Shown here: in pieces, positions 1-15,412 of the stretch | Layout of the letters: every line of letters starts with the position of its first letter | How positions within the stretch are numbered: position 1 is the first letter of the stretch | Assembly: GCF_009914755.1 (NCBI RefSeq) | Contig: NC_060944.1 | Length of the DNA: 64,000 bases | Source: the human T2T-CHM13v2.0 reference genome, Homo sapiens | Reading direction: 5' to 3' (one strand) | The notes under the pieces: generated by a model | Seen by the model: only the letters and a program-made list of their open reading frames with translations | What the model was told of the DNA's origin: nothing | The model's database searches: none | Position numbers and translations under genes: made by a program

Positions 1-761
1 AGCACAGCTGGGTGTTGCGGAGACAAGGGCTGTGTGTCAGGCAGCTGGGGGTCAAACCTTGGCTCCTCTGCCTGCTCACAAGTCAGGTCCCCTCTCTAAA
101 CCTGTGTCCTCATCTATAAATGAGGCAGCAAATGGTCTCCCTCTCATAGCACTGGTTATAAGGAGAAAATGCCAGATGAAGACACAGCATCTGGGACAGC
201 TGCCACTCTTTGGTCCCCTCCTCACTTTTCTCCAATCTAATCCAGGGCATCGTTTAGGTTAATGGCTTGGAAAACAGGAATGAACACTCTACTAGGAGTC
301 AGCACATCTGAGTTACTCCTGAGCCTTAATAAGGGTGCTTGCCTAGGCACAATATGAACCATCGTGGAATTTCAATGTCTTTGTAATATCTGCAAAATCA
401 GGGTAAAACCACCTTCCCTACCTATGTTCAAGGGATGCAGGGTGGTGGTGGGGGGTGCTGATTATTTCAACATCAAGAAGAAAACATTAGCAATAGCTAC
501 ATACCTTAAAACACACACACCCTGTGACCCGGCAATGTCACTTCCAGTGGGTGTCTTCCACCTGAGCAGGATGACGCATGTACATATACAAGGCCACCCA
601 CTGCAGCGTTGTTTTAGTAGCCCAAGGTTGGGAACAACTTACATATCCATTAACAGAAGACTGTAAACTAAGTTTGATAGCTCCATAAGTTGGAGTACTC
701 TACAGGTATTAATTGAGCAGCTGTCTATGTCCTGATATAGAATCTTTATATAAAATGAAAC

Positions 762-1050
762 GGGTCACATGTGGTGCCTCATGCCTGTAATCCCAGCACT
801 TTGGAAGACCGAGGTGGGTGGATCACCTGAGGTCAGGAGTTCGTGACCAGCCTGGCCAACATGGTGAAACCTTTTCTCTACTAAAAATACAAAAATTAGC
901 CTGGCACAGTGGCAGGCACCTGTAGTCCCAGCTACTCAGGAGGCTGAGGCAGGAGAATCACTTGAATCTGGGAGGTAGAGGTCTCAGTGAGCCGAAATGT
1001 TGCCACTGCACTGCAGCCTATGTGACAGAGGGAGACTCCATCTCAAAATT
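762..1050 (+). mobile_element. Alu (S-type)
   Basis: Dimeric Alu consensus with (TAAAA)n tail. Confidence 0.93.
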
Positions 1051-2283
1051 AAAATAAAATAAAATAAAATACTTACTGTTTTCCAGTCAGGCTCGGGGTC
1101 TGAATGTCAGGGGTGTTCTGAACCTCGGGAAGGTGATGAAAAGGGGAAGTGCTGGCTGCCTCTCAGTGGTTATGTTCAAGGAACATCTATTCAGCACCTA
1201 GGATGTACCAGGCTCTTCTGTGGAGACGGTGTCTAACACCAGGGCAAGAAGGACCTGCCTGGAATCGGATCTGAGCTCTAATTTGGATCCCATCACTAAC
1301 TGGCCCTGTGACTGTGGGCAAGACCCATGTCATTTCCTGGCCTCAGGCTCTTGTTTGTCAACAGGGGGTTGGACTGGCTGGTCTGAAGATCCCTCCTGTG
1401 CTAACATCCCAGGATCAGGAGTTAGATTGTGAATCTAGATCTTTGGCAGGAAACCCAAAGTGAGCGTCTTTGCTAACTCTACTGGGAAACCTCTAAGTCA
1501 CTCACATGGGAGGCCTCTTCCCTGGAGAGAGGGATATTCTGAGATGAACCACCTCTGACTGCAGCCTACAGTACCTGTGTAAGTCAATCCCTGAATCACA
1601 CAAGAGTTTCTCTAACAGATCCACAAACACCAAAGCTCACGGCATCTATGCCCAGCAGGGCCATCAGATTAAACAATGGATCTGTGCCTCTCAGAAATCT
1701 TCCCAATGTGATGTTTTTTGAAGATTAAACTAAGAAAAACACAATCCCCCTCCCACCCCGAACAAATTCCTTCTCATTGGAAGGAAAGAGAGGGTAAGGT
1801 TTGTGAGAGACAAGTTTTTCCCTGTTTTGTTCATTGCAGCTTACACAGCAACCAGGGCAGAGCCTGGCACATAGTAGGTTTTCAGTGAGTACCAGTTATA
1901 TAAAAAGGAGACTCGGCCACCCAGAGGGGGAAAATGCTCTGTGGAGGCAGAAGGCAAGATCTGGCCTTGTGCCTGGGCAAGTCACCCAATCTTTCAGTTC
2001 CCTCATCTGCAGAAACCAAAGGCTGGGCCAGATGAGAAGAGACAAGTTGTGGAGAAGGCAGACCAGTGTTACAGACTTTACCCACCATTTACAGGCCATG
2101 GGTGCCTGAGTGAATAGCATGATGCATCAGGCCTTAACTTAACTGATCTGTAGAAGGGGGTGACACCAGTTCATGAAAATGCGTACCCACCACCACACCC
2201 GATTGTTGCTCAATGAATGGAAGGTGTTACTATTGACTTATTGTCACACACTGGGGGACAAAGGAGGCCCACACTGTACTCAC

Positions 2284-2626
2284 TATGCACAGACAACTCA
2301 GTGCCTGGTCCAGATTTAAGCTCCATGTCAGGGCCCCCTTTCCAGAACTTCACACAGTTGTAGGTGCCAGTGTTGGCTCTTGTGATGCTAGTGATGCACA
2401 TGGAAAAGTCTGTATTGTTTCTCTTTGTGATGTCTGAAATGCAAGCTATCTTGGGAAAGTGGCCTCCTTTTGAACTGTAGATTAGTTCCTGCCCTGTTTC
2501 AGTTCCTTTGAACCACCTGATGGGCCCCAAGGGCAAAGGGAGGTCACAGAGTGGTCAAACCTCCAGCTGTGACCGACACTGACTTCTCAGGCTGAATCAC
2601 CTGCAGCTCCTCCTCACCTGCCGCTC
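2284..2626 (-). pseudogene. Decayed SIRP IgV (D1) exon
   Basis: Acceptor tcctccag|GA GCG GCA GGT GAG GAG GAG CTG CAG GTG ATT CAG CCT (EEELQVIQP), then ...GPIRWFKG...TYNCVKFWKG...KSGPGTELSV, donor |gtgagt. Length 343 nt is not a multiple of 3. A deletion near 2545 removes the first Cys codon and shifts the frame. Probably part of a SIRP pseudogene continuing to the left of the window. Confidence 0.93.
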
Positions 2627-3919
2627 CTGGAGGAAAACACAAAACAGTCATTTATTCATCCTTATGTGATGCTTATGTTTTCTAAAGTGTTTATCAATGA
2701 CTTTCATTGACTGAGTATACACCAGGAGTGGGCCTTGAGCTCAGCACACTGCATGTATTATCTCATTTAACCCTCACAACAAGCCTGTACCATGAGACTG
2801 TATTACAAGTGAGAACACTGTGGCAGAGTCAGGTCCAGTTTAATGGTAGAGCATGAGGTTGAGGACCTGAGTAGAACTCCTGAACCCTCCTTTGAAATAT
2901 CATGCTTTGCCAAATATTTGTCTCTCTACTTTCTGGCCACATGGAGTGTTGCTTTTTCTGAATCATTGCATTGGGTGGCGCCATGTGACTTCTTTAGACC
3001 ACTGAGTTGCGAGCAGAAGTGATGGGTATAATTTGTGGTCTGTGCATTTAATGGCAAAAGCCTCTGTGGATCAACTGCTCCCTTCCACAAAGACCCACAA
3101 GGCTCTGATGGAAGCTACTTCCTCACTTTGGATTTCTGAGTGACTATAAAATACATAACTCTCAACGCACAATGAACATATGGCTTAAATAAGAAATAAA
3201 ACATTTTTTAAGCCCTGAAATTTTTTAGCCATAGCATAATCACATTACATTAGATTCCTAACGATGCTCTGACAAATTACTACTAAATGTATGTACTACA
3301 ACAATCGAAATGTATTATCGTACACTTCCGGTGGTCACAAGTACAAAATTGGAATTGTTGAGCTGTAACCAAGAAAAAAGAAAAGATCTCAAATATGCAA
3401 AGGTGGAGAATAAAACTTTGGTTTCCTGGAGTAGGGTTGGGGAAGGTTATGGGGAGATGTATGTCGAAAGATACAAAATTGCAGATCGTTAGGATGAAAA
3501 ACTCTACAGATGTCATGTACAGCATGAAGACCCTAGTTAATAATATTGAATTATTCTCACAATTTTTACTAAAAGGTAAGATTTTAGATGCACTTGGCAT
3601 ACACACAAAACAAGGTAGCTATTTGAGATGATGGTTATATTCATTTGCTTGACTGTAACAATATCTATCTACCTATATATATCTCAAAGCACTTTTAAAT
3701 ATATACAATCTAAGCAGGTATCAGCAGAGATAATATTTTTAGGCTTCTGTCTCTTACCTGTCCAGTTCTAGAGGTTGTTCACATTCCTTTTTTCACAGTT
3801 TCATCTTACTATCACTCCAACCTCTTGCTTTCATTATCACATGTCCTTCTTTAATTCTTACTCTCCTGCCTCCTACTTATAAGAACTCTTGCAATATATT
3901 GGTCCCATCCTGATACTAG

Positions 3920-5111
<1,192 letters not shown>

Positions 5112-5112
<1 letters not shown>

Positions 5113-5590
5113 GTTGTGGTGTAAAATTTTAGAACTTCATATTTTTCTCATGCCTTGATGTCCCCACAAACAGGCTGTGAGCACCCTGCCCACGCAATGA
5201 GGTGCCAATATGATAAGGCTGGTCCCTGATACCAGTTCTTGCCCTCCCCTACTGTAACCTAGTGATATTCAAACACACCAGTGAAATTCCCTCATGCCAT
5301 TTGCTTGTGTACTTTACTGTGACTCTAATAAAGGCATTTTCCCAGGGGTCCACCCGGTCTCATCTCCCCACCTGCTAACTTGAGCCCTTTCTCTAGGAGC
5401 TCCTTCTAACGGGCTCCCTGTGTGGCATGTCATGCTTCACCTTTTAGGAACTATGAGTAAAACAAATCATTTAATTTTATATGTCTCTTCAAGTATGACT
5501 TCTGCAACTGTGTTGGAATGATCCCCAAAGATCCCACCAATGACACTTACTCCACCATTTACAACACAACTGGTGATGAGAATGGATCAT
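5112..5590 (+). mobile_element. Old ERV LTR with tRNA-Ser-like PBS (ERVL class)
   Basis: TG...CA with an internal AATAAA, followed by TGGTGATGAGAATGG, resembling the Ser PBS TGGCGACGAGGATGG after CpG decay. Confidence 0.5.
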
Positions 5591-6070
5591 TTAAAATGGG
5601 TAGAAAGTTCCCAGGGGATGTTTTTTAACTGCTCATGGCTCACTAATTTGCTATCCTGATTGGCTCCACCAATAGAGACGACTTTATATCCTGCTGGCAA
5701 GGTGTGCACCACTTTGTGTTTCTGCCAGGACTTTCCATCCTATAGTGTGGATCCTGTCCCAATCTCAATAATATGGCCCAGGATACCACTTCCTATCCAT
5801 GATTCCAGCAAGAGGGGGATACTTAAACTATCATTGCCAGGGATCTGAAGTTACTGGGCTATGTGGATTGGCTATTTCTCAGTGTACTTCGGAGTGATTT
5901 TGATTTGAAGAAGAACTCCTGCTGATAGAATGGAGATCTCCTTTGGTGCTGAGTGCATATCACTCTGTTCCAGCCTCAGCAATAAAGACAAGTTGAGGAG
6001 TCCAGTGGGCTACAGCTTGGGTGGGTGGCCCTCTCCCCACTGTTCAATGTGTTGTTGAATTACAACAACA

Positions 6071-6426
6071 CAGATGCTTCTCAGCTTGTGGTGAGGTTAT
6101 GTCCCAGTAAACCCATCCTAACTTGAAAATGTTGTAAGTCAAAAATGCATTTAACATACCTAACCTACTGAACATCATAGCTTAGACTAGCCTGCCTTAA
6201 ACATGCTCAAAACTTAAATTGGCCTAGAGTTGGGCAAAATCATCTACACAAAGACTACTTGATAAGAATGTATTGGATATCTCCTGTAATTTATTGAATA
6301 CCGTACTGAAAGTAAAAGAATGGTTGTATGGGTACTGGAAGCATGGTTTTTGCTGAATGTATCACTTGCACACCATCAGAAAGTAAAAACTTAGAAATCG
6401 AGCCATTGTAAGTCAGGGACCATTTG
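6071..6426 (+). mobile_element. MER47-like Tigger-family MITE
   Basis: Terminal inverted repeats (cagatgcttctcagctt ... aagtcagggaccatttg) and a recognisable internal sequence. Confidence 0.7.
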
Positions 6427-6817
6427 TAATTTCCTCTCTTCTCTCTTGGTGTCAGGCAGCCCTCCTTTCTCAGAGAGTCCTCCACGGCACCTCGTAGAGC
6501 TCTGTGCCTCCAGGGCTGCTGAGAGCTTCTCTGTTGCCTCCCTTGCTGCTGTTGCTTTCATATCCCAACTCCATTGGATATCTCAGATCTCATCCACGGA
6601 GATAGGTGGCTCAATGTTTTTAAAAAGCAGAGCAAAGTGGGAAGGGGCACTTTGATCCCACTCCCCCTAAGACGCTTGAGGTTTCTTAGATCATTCGAGA
6701 TTATAAATCAGGACGGGAAGCCACTCAGGACTACCAGGGGCTTGTCAGGTAAATATCCAAAGAGAGAGGGGAAACCTGTATCCACTCATAAATGCGAGTC
6801 ATTCTAAAATATTTTGC

Positions 6818-7040
6818 ATCCTGGGCAACATGGCAAAACTCTGTCTCTACAAAAAAAAAAATTATGCAAAAAATTAGCCAGGCATGGTAGAGCATGCCTA
6901 TAGTCCTAGCTACTTAGGGGGCTGAGATGGGAGGATCACCAGAGCCTGGGAGGAGGAGGCTGCAGTAAGCCAGGATCATACCACTGCACTCCAGCCTGGG
7001 TGACAGAGTGAGACCCTATGTCAAAGTAAATAAATAAATA
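6818..7040 (+). mobile_element. Alu (J-like, 5' truncated)
   Basis: Alu right arm and linker. Confidence 0.85.
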
Positions 7041-7353
7041 AAATATTTGCTGAAGAGAAAAGAAGAGGGAGGGGGATGGACTGATTATATTGGAGTCATC
7101 AGGGCCATCCCAGAGAGAGGCTACTGCCTAGAGGTGCTATCCTTTTTCTCCTTTTCCTCTTACTAACCAGAGACAAAACTAAAGGCATAGCTTCCAGAGG
7201 CAATAATCCCAAAATAGGAAAAAAAAAAAAAAAAAAAAAGAAAAGAAAAAAGAGGAAAGGAGAGATTTGCTGATTTAGGCACCCACAAAGCCAAGATGGA
7301 AATGAAAATGTACATTAACACTTATGTACTGAGCAAGTGTTAGGTTTAGAAAG

Positions 7354-7766
7354 TGTCACACACGTCCCTGTGAAGAGAACACCAAACAGGCTTTGTGTGA
7401 GCAGTAAAGTCTTTTAATCACCTGGGTGCAGGCAGGCTGAGTCCAAAAAGAGTCAGTGAAGGGAGATAGGGGTGGCACTGTTTTATAGGATTTGGGTGGG
7501 TAGTGGATACTTACTGTCAAAGGGGGTTTTTCTCTTGCAGGCAGGGGCGGAGGTCACTGTGGGGGAGCTTCTGAGCCAGGAGAAGGAATTTCACAAGGTT
7601 AAATGCTCAGTTAAGGTGGAGCAGGAACAAATCACAATGGCGGAATGTCATCAGTTAAGGCAGGAACCGGCCATTTTCACTTCTTTTGTGATTCTTAGGC
7701 CATCTGGATGTATTCATGCAGGTCACAGGGGATATGATGGCTGAGCTTGGGCTCAGAGGCCTGACA
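7354..7766 (-). mobile_element. HERV-H 3' LTR
   Basis: Preceded by the PPT. About 40 substitutions and a few indels versus the 5' LTR, counted by eye. Confidence 0.92.
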
Positions 7767-10700
7767 TTCTTGTCTTCTTATATCAATAGGAAAAATAACA
7801 TAAAATAGTATTGAAGTTTTGGGGCAGCAAACATTTTTAGGGGGTGGTACGGAGAGATAATGGACGATGTTTCTCAGGGCTGCTTCAAGCGGGATTAGGG
7901 GCAGCATGGGAACCTAGAGTGGGAGAGATTGAGCTGAAGGAAGATTTTGTGGTAAGGGGTGATATGGTGGGGTTGTTAGAAGAAACATTTGTTGTATGGA
8001 ATGATTGGTGATGGCCTGGATACAGTTTTGAATGAATTGAAAAACTAAACGGAAGACACAAGGTCTGAATAAGAGAAGGAGAAAAACAGGTATTAAAGGA
8101 CTAAGAATTGGGGGACCCAGGACATCTACAATTCAAGAGTGCCCAAGGGGGTTCAGTGTAATTACTTGCTTGGTTGGTGAGTTTTTTGGGCTCTATTCTT
8201 GAGTTTTTTTATGTTGTCATACACCAGGCCAGATTGATTTAGGTAAAAACAGTTTTCATTTAAAAATATACAGAGTCCTCTTTTTTTAGCAGTGAGTTAA
8301 GTCGAGGCCTCGGCAATTTTGGAGGAAAGAGAAATGCAAAGCCAGCAATCGTTTGTTAAAGAAGGATTAGAAACAGCTAGGAGAGAGTGAGCGAGATTGA
8401 TAGTGTGGTGGAGATAGCTGGGGAGAGGTAGAGGGTGGCATAAGAATGGAAACAAGAGTAAGAGTGAGTATAAAAGTAAAGAATAAGACTTCATCAGGGT
8501 GAAAGTATTGGAGTGTACCCTGTCAGCAAAGATCATTTATCCACTTTAAGAGAGACTTAAGGTGGTGGTTTGAGATAAAACCAGGAGCCGCTGAATATTA
8601 AGAGCCTGAGAACTGCTTGGGTGATTTGACTAATAAAAGGCCGGTTCATTATCAGACTGTTTAGAGGTGGGAAGGCCAAACCGAGGAATTATGTCTGACG
8701 GTAGGGAAGAAATGACTGCGGTGGCCTTCTGAGACCTTGTGGGAAAGGCCTCTACCCACCCAGTGAAAGTGTCTACCCAGACCAAAAGGTATTTTAGTTT
8801 CCTGACTTGGGGCATGTGAGTAAAGTCAATTTTCCAGTCCTGGGCAGGGGCAAATCCCCAAGCTTGATGTGTAGGGAAGGGAGGGAGCCTGAACAATCCA
8901 TGAGGACTAGTAGAATAGCCAATGGAACGCTGAGAAGTGATTTCCTTGAGGATAGATTTCCACAATGGAAAGGAAATAAGAGGTTCTAAGAGGTGGGATA
9001 GCAGCTTGCAACCTACAAGGAAGACGTTATGAAATGACGACAGAATAGAATCGGCCTGTGAGGCTGAAAGGAGATATTTCCCTTGGTCTAAGAACAATTT
9101 GCCTTGTGTGGGAAGAGATTGATAGGTGGAAGTTTCAGTGGCAGAGTAGGTGGGAGTTACTGATGAGGAGAAAAACTGGCTGTGAAGGACTGAAGTTGGA
9201 ACACTAGCTGCTTCTTTAGCTACCTTATCGGCATAAGTGTTGCCCTGAGTGATGGGATCTGATGCCTTTTGATGGCCTTTGCAGTGAATGACTCCAGCTT
9301 CCTTTGGAAGTAAAGTGGTCTTGAGAAGAGTTTTTATTAAAGAGGCATTAATGATGGAGGACCCTTACGTAGTGAGGAAACCTCTTTCTGCCCATATAAT
9401 AGCATGGTGGTGCAGGATATGGAAGGCATATTTAGAGTCAGTATAAACATTGACATGTACTCCTTTTGCAAGAGTGAGGGCCTGAGTTAAGGCAATGAGT
9501 TTGGCTTGCTGAGAGGTAGTGGAGGGGGCAGAGCAGGAGCCTCAATGATAGATGTGGAAGATACTATAGCAAAGCCTGCCTTTGCTGGTGAGTGGCGATT
9601 AGGCCTGGTGGAACTGACATCAATAAACCAAGTGTGATCAGGGTGAAGAACAGGAAAGAAGAAAATATAGAGAAATGGAGTAAATGTCAGGTGGATCAGA
9701 GAGATACAGTCATGGGGGTCAGGTGTGGTATCTGGAATAATGTGGGAGCCAGTCTAAAACAGTGAGGTCAAGTAGTTTGGATAGGAAGGCTACAGGGCGT
9801 GGTCCTGGCTCTTGTGTAAGAATTTCAACCGCACAGCCCTGTACTTCGGCTGTGTGTAATGAAAAGGGTTGGGATGAGTTAAGGAGAGCTAGTGTGAGAG
9901 CAGCTTCTAGGGCTGTTTTTAAGGAACGGAAAGATGAGTGGTGAAAGGATTTAGGATCTATGGGGTCAGCTAGGTTTGTTTTTGTGAGTTTGTATAATGG
10001 TTTAGTCAGGATGGTAAAACTAGGTATCCAAAGGTGAAACTATCCAACCATGCCCAGGAAGGAAAGGAGTTGTTGTTTTGTAGAAGGGGTTGGGGTTTGA
10101 AAGTTTAGCTGGACATGCTCAGCAGGGAGAGCATGTGTGTTTTCATGAAGAATTATGCTGAGATAGGTAATGGATGAGGAAGAAATTTGGACTTGACTGA
10201 AGTAATGGGGGCTGTCCATGAAGCCTTGCAGTAGTATAGCCCAGGTAATTTGCTGAGCCTGATGAGTGTCAGGGTCAATCCAAGTGAAAGTGAAGAGAGG
10301 CTGGGCTGAAAGGTACAAAGGAATAGTAAAGAAAGCATGTTGGAGATCCAGAACAGAATAATGGGTTGCGGAGGGATGTATTGAGGATAGGAGAGTATCT
10401 GAGTTTGGCACCACGGGGTGGATAGGCAAGACAATTTGGTTGATAAGGTGCAGATCCTGAACTAACCTGTAAGACTTGTCCAGTTTTTGGACAGTTAAAT
10501 GAGGGAATAGTAAGGGGAGTTTATAGGCTTTAAAAGGCCATGCTGTAACAGGAAAGTGATACCAGGGTTTAATCCTTTTAAAGCATGCTGTGGGATGGGA
10601 TACTGGCATTGATCAGGTAAGGGTGATCAGGTTTTAATGGGATGGTAAGGGGTGCATGATCGGTCACCAAAGAGGGAGTAGAGGTGTCCCAAAATGGTGG

Positions 10701-13252
10701 ATTAAGATGGGGAGATACAAGGGGAGGATGTGAAGGAGGCTTTGAACTGGGGAAAAGGGCGGCAATGAGGTGTGGCTGTAGCCTAGGAATAGTCAGGGAA
10801 GGAGATAATTTAGTTAAAATGTCTCAACCTAATAAGGGAGCTGGGCAGGTAGGGATAACTTAAAAGAAGTGCATAAAAACTGTTCTTCAAGTTGGCATCA
10901 GAGTTGGGGAGTTTTAAAGAGGTTTAGAAGCCTGGCCGTCAATACCCACAACAGTTATGGAGGCAAGGGAAACAGGCCCTTGAAAATAAGGTACTGTGGA
11001 GTGGGTAGCCTCCGTATTGATTAAGAAGGGGACGGACTTACCCTCCACTGTAAGAGTTACCCAAAGCATCTGTGATGGTCCAGGAGGCTTCCGAGGTGAT
11101 TGGGCAATGTCAGTCTTCAGTCACTAAGCCAAGAAGATCTGGGAAGGAGTCAGTCAGAGAGCCTTGGGCCAGAGTTCCAGGGGCTCTGGGAGTGGCTGCC
11201 TGGTGAGTTGGACAGTCCGATTTCCAGTGAAGTCCCACACAGATGGGGCACAGCTTAGGAGGAATCCTGGGCTGCAGGCATTCCTTGGCCCAGTGGCCAG
11301 ATTTCTGGCACTTAAAGCAAGATCCTGGGGGAGGAGGTCCTGAAGGAATGCCTGACCACTGTGGATTTAGGTGTTTTGAAGTTCTTGTGTATTGGAGATG
11401 TGGCTGGGGTTTCTCTCACAGTGGAGGCAAGTAATTGCAACTCTTTTCTATTATTGTACACCTTGAAGGCGAGGTTAATTAATTCCTTTTGTGGGGTTTG
11501 AGGGCCGGATTCTAATTTTTGAAGTTTTTTTTAATGTCAGGAGCTGACTGGGTGATAAAATGCATATTGAGAATAAGACGGCCTTCTGACCTTTCAGGGT
11601 CTAGCGTTGTAAAGCATCTCACGGTTGCTGCCAAACCAGCCATGAACTGGGAGGGGTTTTCATGTTTACTTTGGGTAGTTTCTTTAAGCTTTGTTCTTTA
11701 ACAGTTCTTTAACAGCTTTGTAAGCTGCCTTTTTACACCCTTCAACTAGGCAGGAAATTATATAATCTTGCCTAGCTATACCTGGGGAATCTGCCTGATA
11801 GTTCCATTGGGGATCCTCTCGGGGAACTGCTCTAATGCCTTCCTGGAGGTCTGGCTCTTGAAGCCGGCAGTTATCAGCGTGAGATTGGGCTGGAGAAAAA
11901 ACTCTTTCCCATTCATCTGGGGATAGGGTAGAAGTTAGGATGACATTTCAGTCACTCCAGGTTAAATTGTAGGACAGAGTTAGATATTGGAATTCCTGTA
12001 TATATTTAGTGGGGTCTGATGAGAAAGAGCCTAAACACTGGCTGATCTGAGAGAGGTCTGATAGAGAAAAAGGCACATGTACCCTGACTATGCCTTCAGT
12101 TCCAGCCACCGCTCTAAGAGGAAATTGTTGGGCAGGTGGGGGAGGGCTAGTCTCAGAATGAAACTGTAAGCTGAACCAGGTGTGCACAGGGGAGGTGATA
12201 GAAGGACTATAGGGTGGAGGAGCAGAGGCCAAGGAAGAATCGGAGCCTGATTTAGCTTGGCGGGGAGCGACCTGAAGAGGAGCAGTCTGGGGAGGAGGGG
12301 AGAGGTCACATGGGTCAGTAGGAAAGGAAGATTGAAAAGACTCAGCGATGCTTGCGGTTGGGACTGAGGGAACAGGTGGGGGGGAAAGAAGGAGGATTTG
12401 GGGTGAGTCACATTGGGAACAGAGACTAGGGAGGGACCGATGTGTAAAAGAATGCCTGGATGTCAGGCACCTCAGACCATTTGCCCATTTTATGACAAGA
12501 ATTATCTAGATCTTGTAGGATGGAGAAATTGAAAGTGCCGTTTTCTGGCTATTTGGAACCATCGTCGAGTTTGTTTTGGAGTCAAACAGCATTGCAGAAG
12601 AAAATAAGGTGTTTAGGTTTTAGGTCAGGTGTGAGCTGAAGAGGTTTTAAGTCTTTGAGAACACAGGCTAAGGGAGAAGAGGGAGGAATGGAGGGTGGAT
12701 GGTTGCCCATAGTGAAGGAGGCAAGCCCAGAGAAAAGAGAGGGTAGAGACATGGAGAGAAGGGGTGGGGGGTATTTGTGCCCCAGCAAAGTGGTACTTGC
12801 CACTAAGGTGAAGGATCAAGGCAGGCGTCCCTGCGGTGATCAGACACCTCTGAAACGTGGGTGAATAATCAGGCAGGCATCCCGCAGTGATTAAACACCA
12901 AGGGAAGACTGTCTTCCCGAGCCTGTGACTGGTGCCGGAGTTTTGGGTTCACGGATAAAACGCATCTCCTCTGTCTCTACCAGAAAAGGAAAGGAACTGA
13001 AATTAAGGGAAGAGAGAGATTGAAGGGTGGCGCCAAGATTGAAAGGAGAAAGAGGTTAAGGGATAGTGAGAGAGGTTGGAGAAGAGAGTAAAAAGAGGCC
13101 ACTCACCCGATTTAAAATTGGTGAGATGTTCCTTGGGCTGCTTGGTCTGAGGACCCGAGGTCATAGGTGGATCTTTCTCACAGAGCAAAGAGCAGGAGGA
13201 CAGGGGATTGATCTCCCAAGGGAGGTCCCCCGATCAGAGTCATGGCACCAAA

Positions 13253-13685
13253 TGTCACGTGCATCCATGTGAAGAGACCACTAAACAGTCTTTGTGTGAG
13301 CAATAAAGCTTTTTAATCACCTGGGTGCAGGCAGGCTGAGTCTGAAAAGAGAGTCAGCAAAGGGAGATAGGGGTGAGGCCATTTCATAGGATTTGGGTGG
13401 GTAGTGGAAAATTACAGTCAAAGGGGGTTTTTCTCTTGTGGGCAGGGGTGGGGGTCACAAGGTGCTCAGTGCGGGAGCTTCTGAGGCAGGAGAAGGAATT
13501 TCACAAGGTTAATCACCCAGTTAAGGTGGGGCAGGAATAAATCACAATGGTGGAGTGTCATCATTTAAGGCAGGCACCGGCCATTTTCACTTCTTTTGTG
13601 ATTCTTCACTTGCTTCAGGCCATCTGGATGTATTCATGCAGGTCACAGGGGATATGATGGCTGAGCTTGGGCTGGAGGCCTGACA
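13253..13685 (-). mobile_element. HERV-H 5' LTR
   Basis: Followed on the minus strand by the His PBS and a consensus splice donor (CGG|gtgagt at 13106). Confidence 0.92.
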
Positions 13686-13815
13686 GAAAGCATAATGCTA
13701 CCCTTAGATTACATAATGATTTAAAAACAATACACAGCAGGAAAAAGTAAAGGGTAATTAAATAAATTCTGGGTACATCCGTATTTTAATATAAATTGCA
13801 CAAAAACCTTTTAAT

Positions 13816-14900
13816 CTGAGGAATGCAATGTCCCTTTCAATTATCAGGCCCAGAGAGGCACTGGAATGAGAAAGCAGTCATGTCCCACTTCCCTCCTTCA
13901 GCTAAGTAACCATCTCTTGAGGCTGCTTGCCATGTGGACTCTAGACTGACTGATGCCCCAGGTAGATACAATTTAATGTAACAATGCCATATGTGGACAC
14001 TATAAGTCATATTCTATAGTTAAATAACGTATAAAGGTTACTAATCAATGTTATTTTTGTAAAGCAATGAGAATTCCTGACAAAAACTTTTGTAATCATC
14101 CCCTCCCCTGGTTTGTCCTTTTTCCTTAAAAGCTCGAGTCTGTTCTTTATTCTCCAAAGTGACTTGGAGGTGTTTCCTGGGTTACAGTCTTCAAATTTGG
14201 CCCAAATAGACCTTCTACTTATATTAATTTTATCTAAGCTTCTTCTCTTAGGTAGACATGTCCGCTGTAGTCAGCAGGATTCAGAGGGACCTCCCAACAC
14301 TGAACATGCTGCCTTCCCTCTTGGGCTCAGTGCTTGGTACCAGCATTAATGCACTATGTTCCTCAGACTCCAGAGGTTTCACAGGGTGTAAAAGGGTGAG
14401 TCCTCCTGAATTCAGATCTCCCTTTCTTTTTTGGTGAGGTTTTGCCTTTATTTGGGCTGTTCTCTCCAACTGCCTCTCTTTAGAATGGAGGTTTTGATCT
14501 CTGTCTATGGGCAGGAGATTCTGGTTTCAGGAATAAAACAAAAGATAACTGTCTCCTCTGCTGCTATTTCACAGCAGGTGTTCCAGGTCGTAGCATTGGC
14601 AGTCTACCATAAGTAGTTTCATTTCTTTTGGCCTAAAATTACATAGCATGCTGTTAAAATTGTAGCTGTTCCCTATTGCATGAAATTCAGACTTGTATTT
14701 TCATTTGTGACCAATTCCTGTTTGTTCAAAACCAAAGGAAACATGAGGATGAGTTCAATTCTCTCGAAGAGAATTGCATGAACAGCTGTTACATGCAGGA
14801 GAGGGACTCATGACTCACTGGTGACACTTTGTGGAGTGATGCTCACAAAGCAACACACTTTGACCTGATACACTGTCCTAGCCTTGGACACTTTTGAAAA
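13816..14900 (+). mobile_element. ERV1 (MER4-group-like) LTR plus internal start
   Basis: LTR-like 13816-14257 ending in gtagaca, followed by PBS-like gtagtcagcaggat. Family uncertain. Confidence 0.45.
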
Positions 14901-15077
14901 GGAAATTCTAAAATTACGGGAAACTGCTGGACGAAACTGAGCTTTCCTTTAAGGGGCAACCATCCTTAGGAAGACCAGCTGCATTTATGTATAATACTTA
15001 CTGTATTAGTCTGTTCTCACACTGCTATAAAGAAATACCTGACACTGGGTAATTTATAAAGAAAAGAGGTTTAGTCA

Positions 15078-15412
<335 letters not shown>

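Larger units (their letters stand above)
7354..13685 (-). mobile_element. HERV-H provirus (LTR7-type LTRs, degenerate gag/pro/pol, env remnant)
   Basis: TG...CA LTRs at 13253-13685 (5') and 7354-7766 (3'). 5-bp TSD gaaag at 7349-7353 and 13686-13690. PBS TGGTGCCATGACTCTGAT (13233-13250) matches tRNA-His at 16/18. Polypurine tract at 7767-7779. gag fragment 11948-12232, RT 10040-10609, integrase 8630-9097, env CWLC remnant 8297-8536. Confidence 0.95.

Noticed and set aside
8297-12411. HERV-H ORFs as functional retroviral proteins
   Set aside because: Short fragments with frameshifts. The RT lacks an intact YxDD and env is largely deleted.
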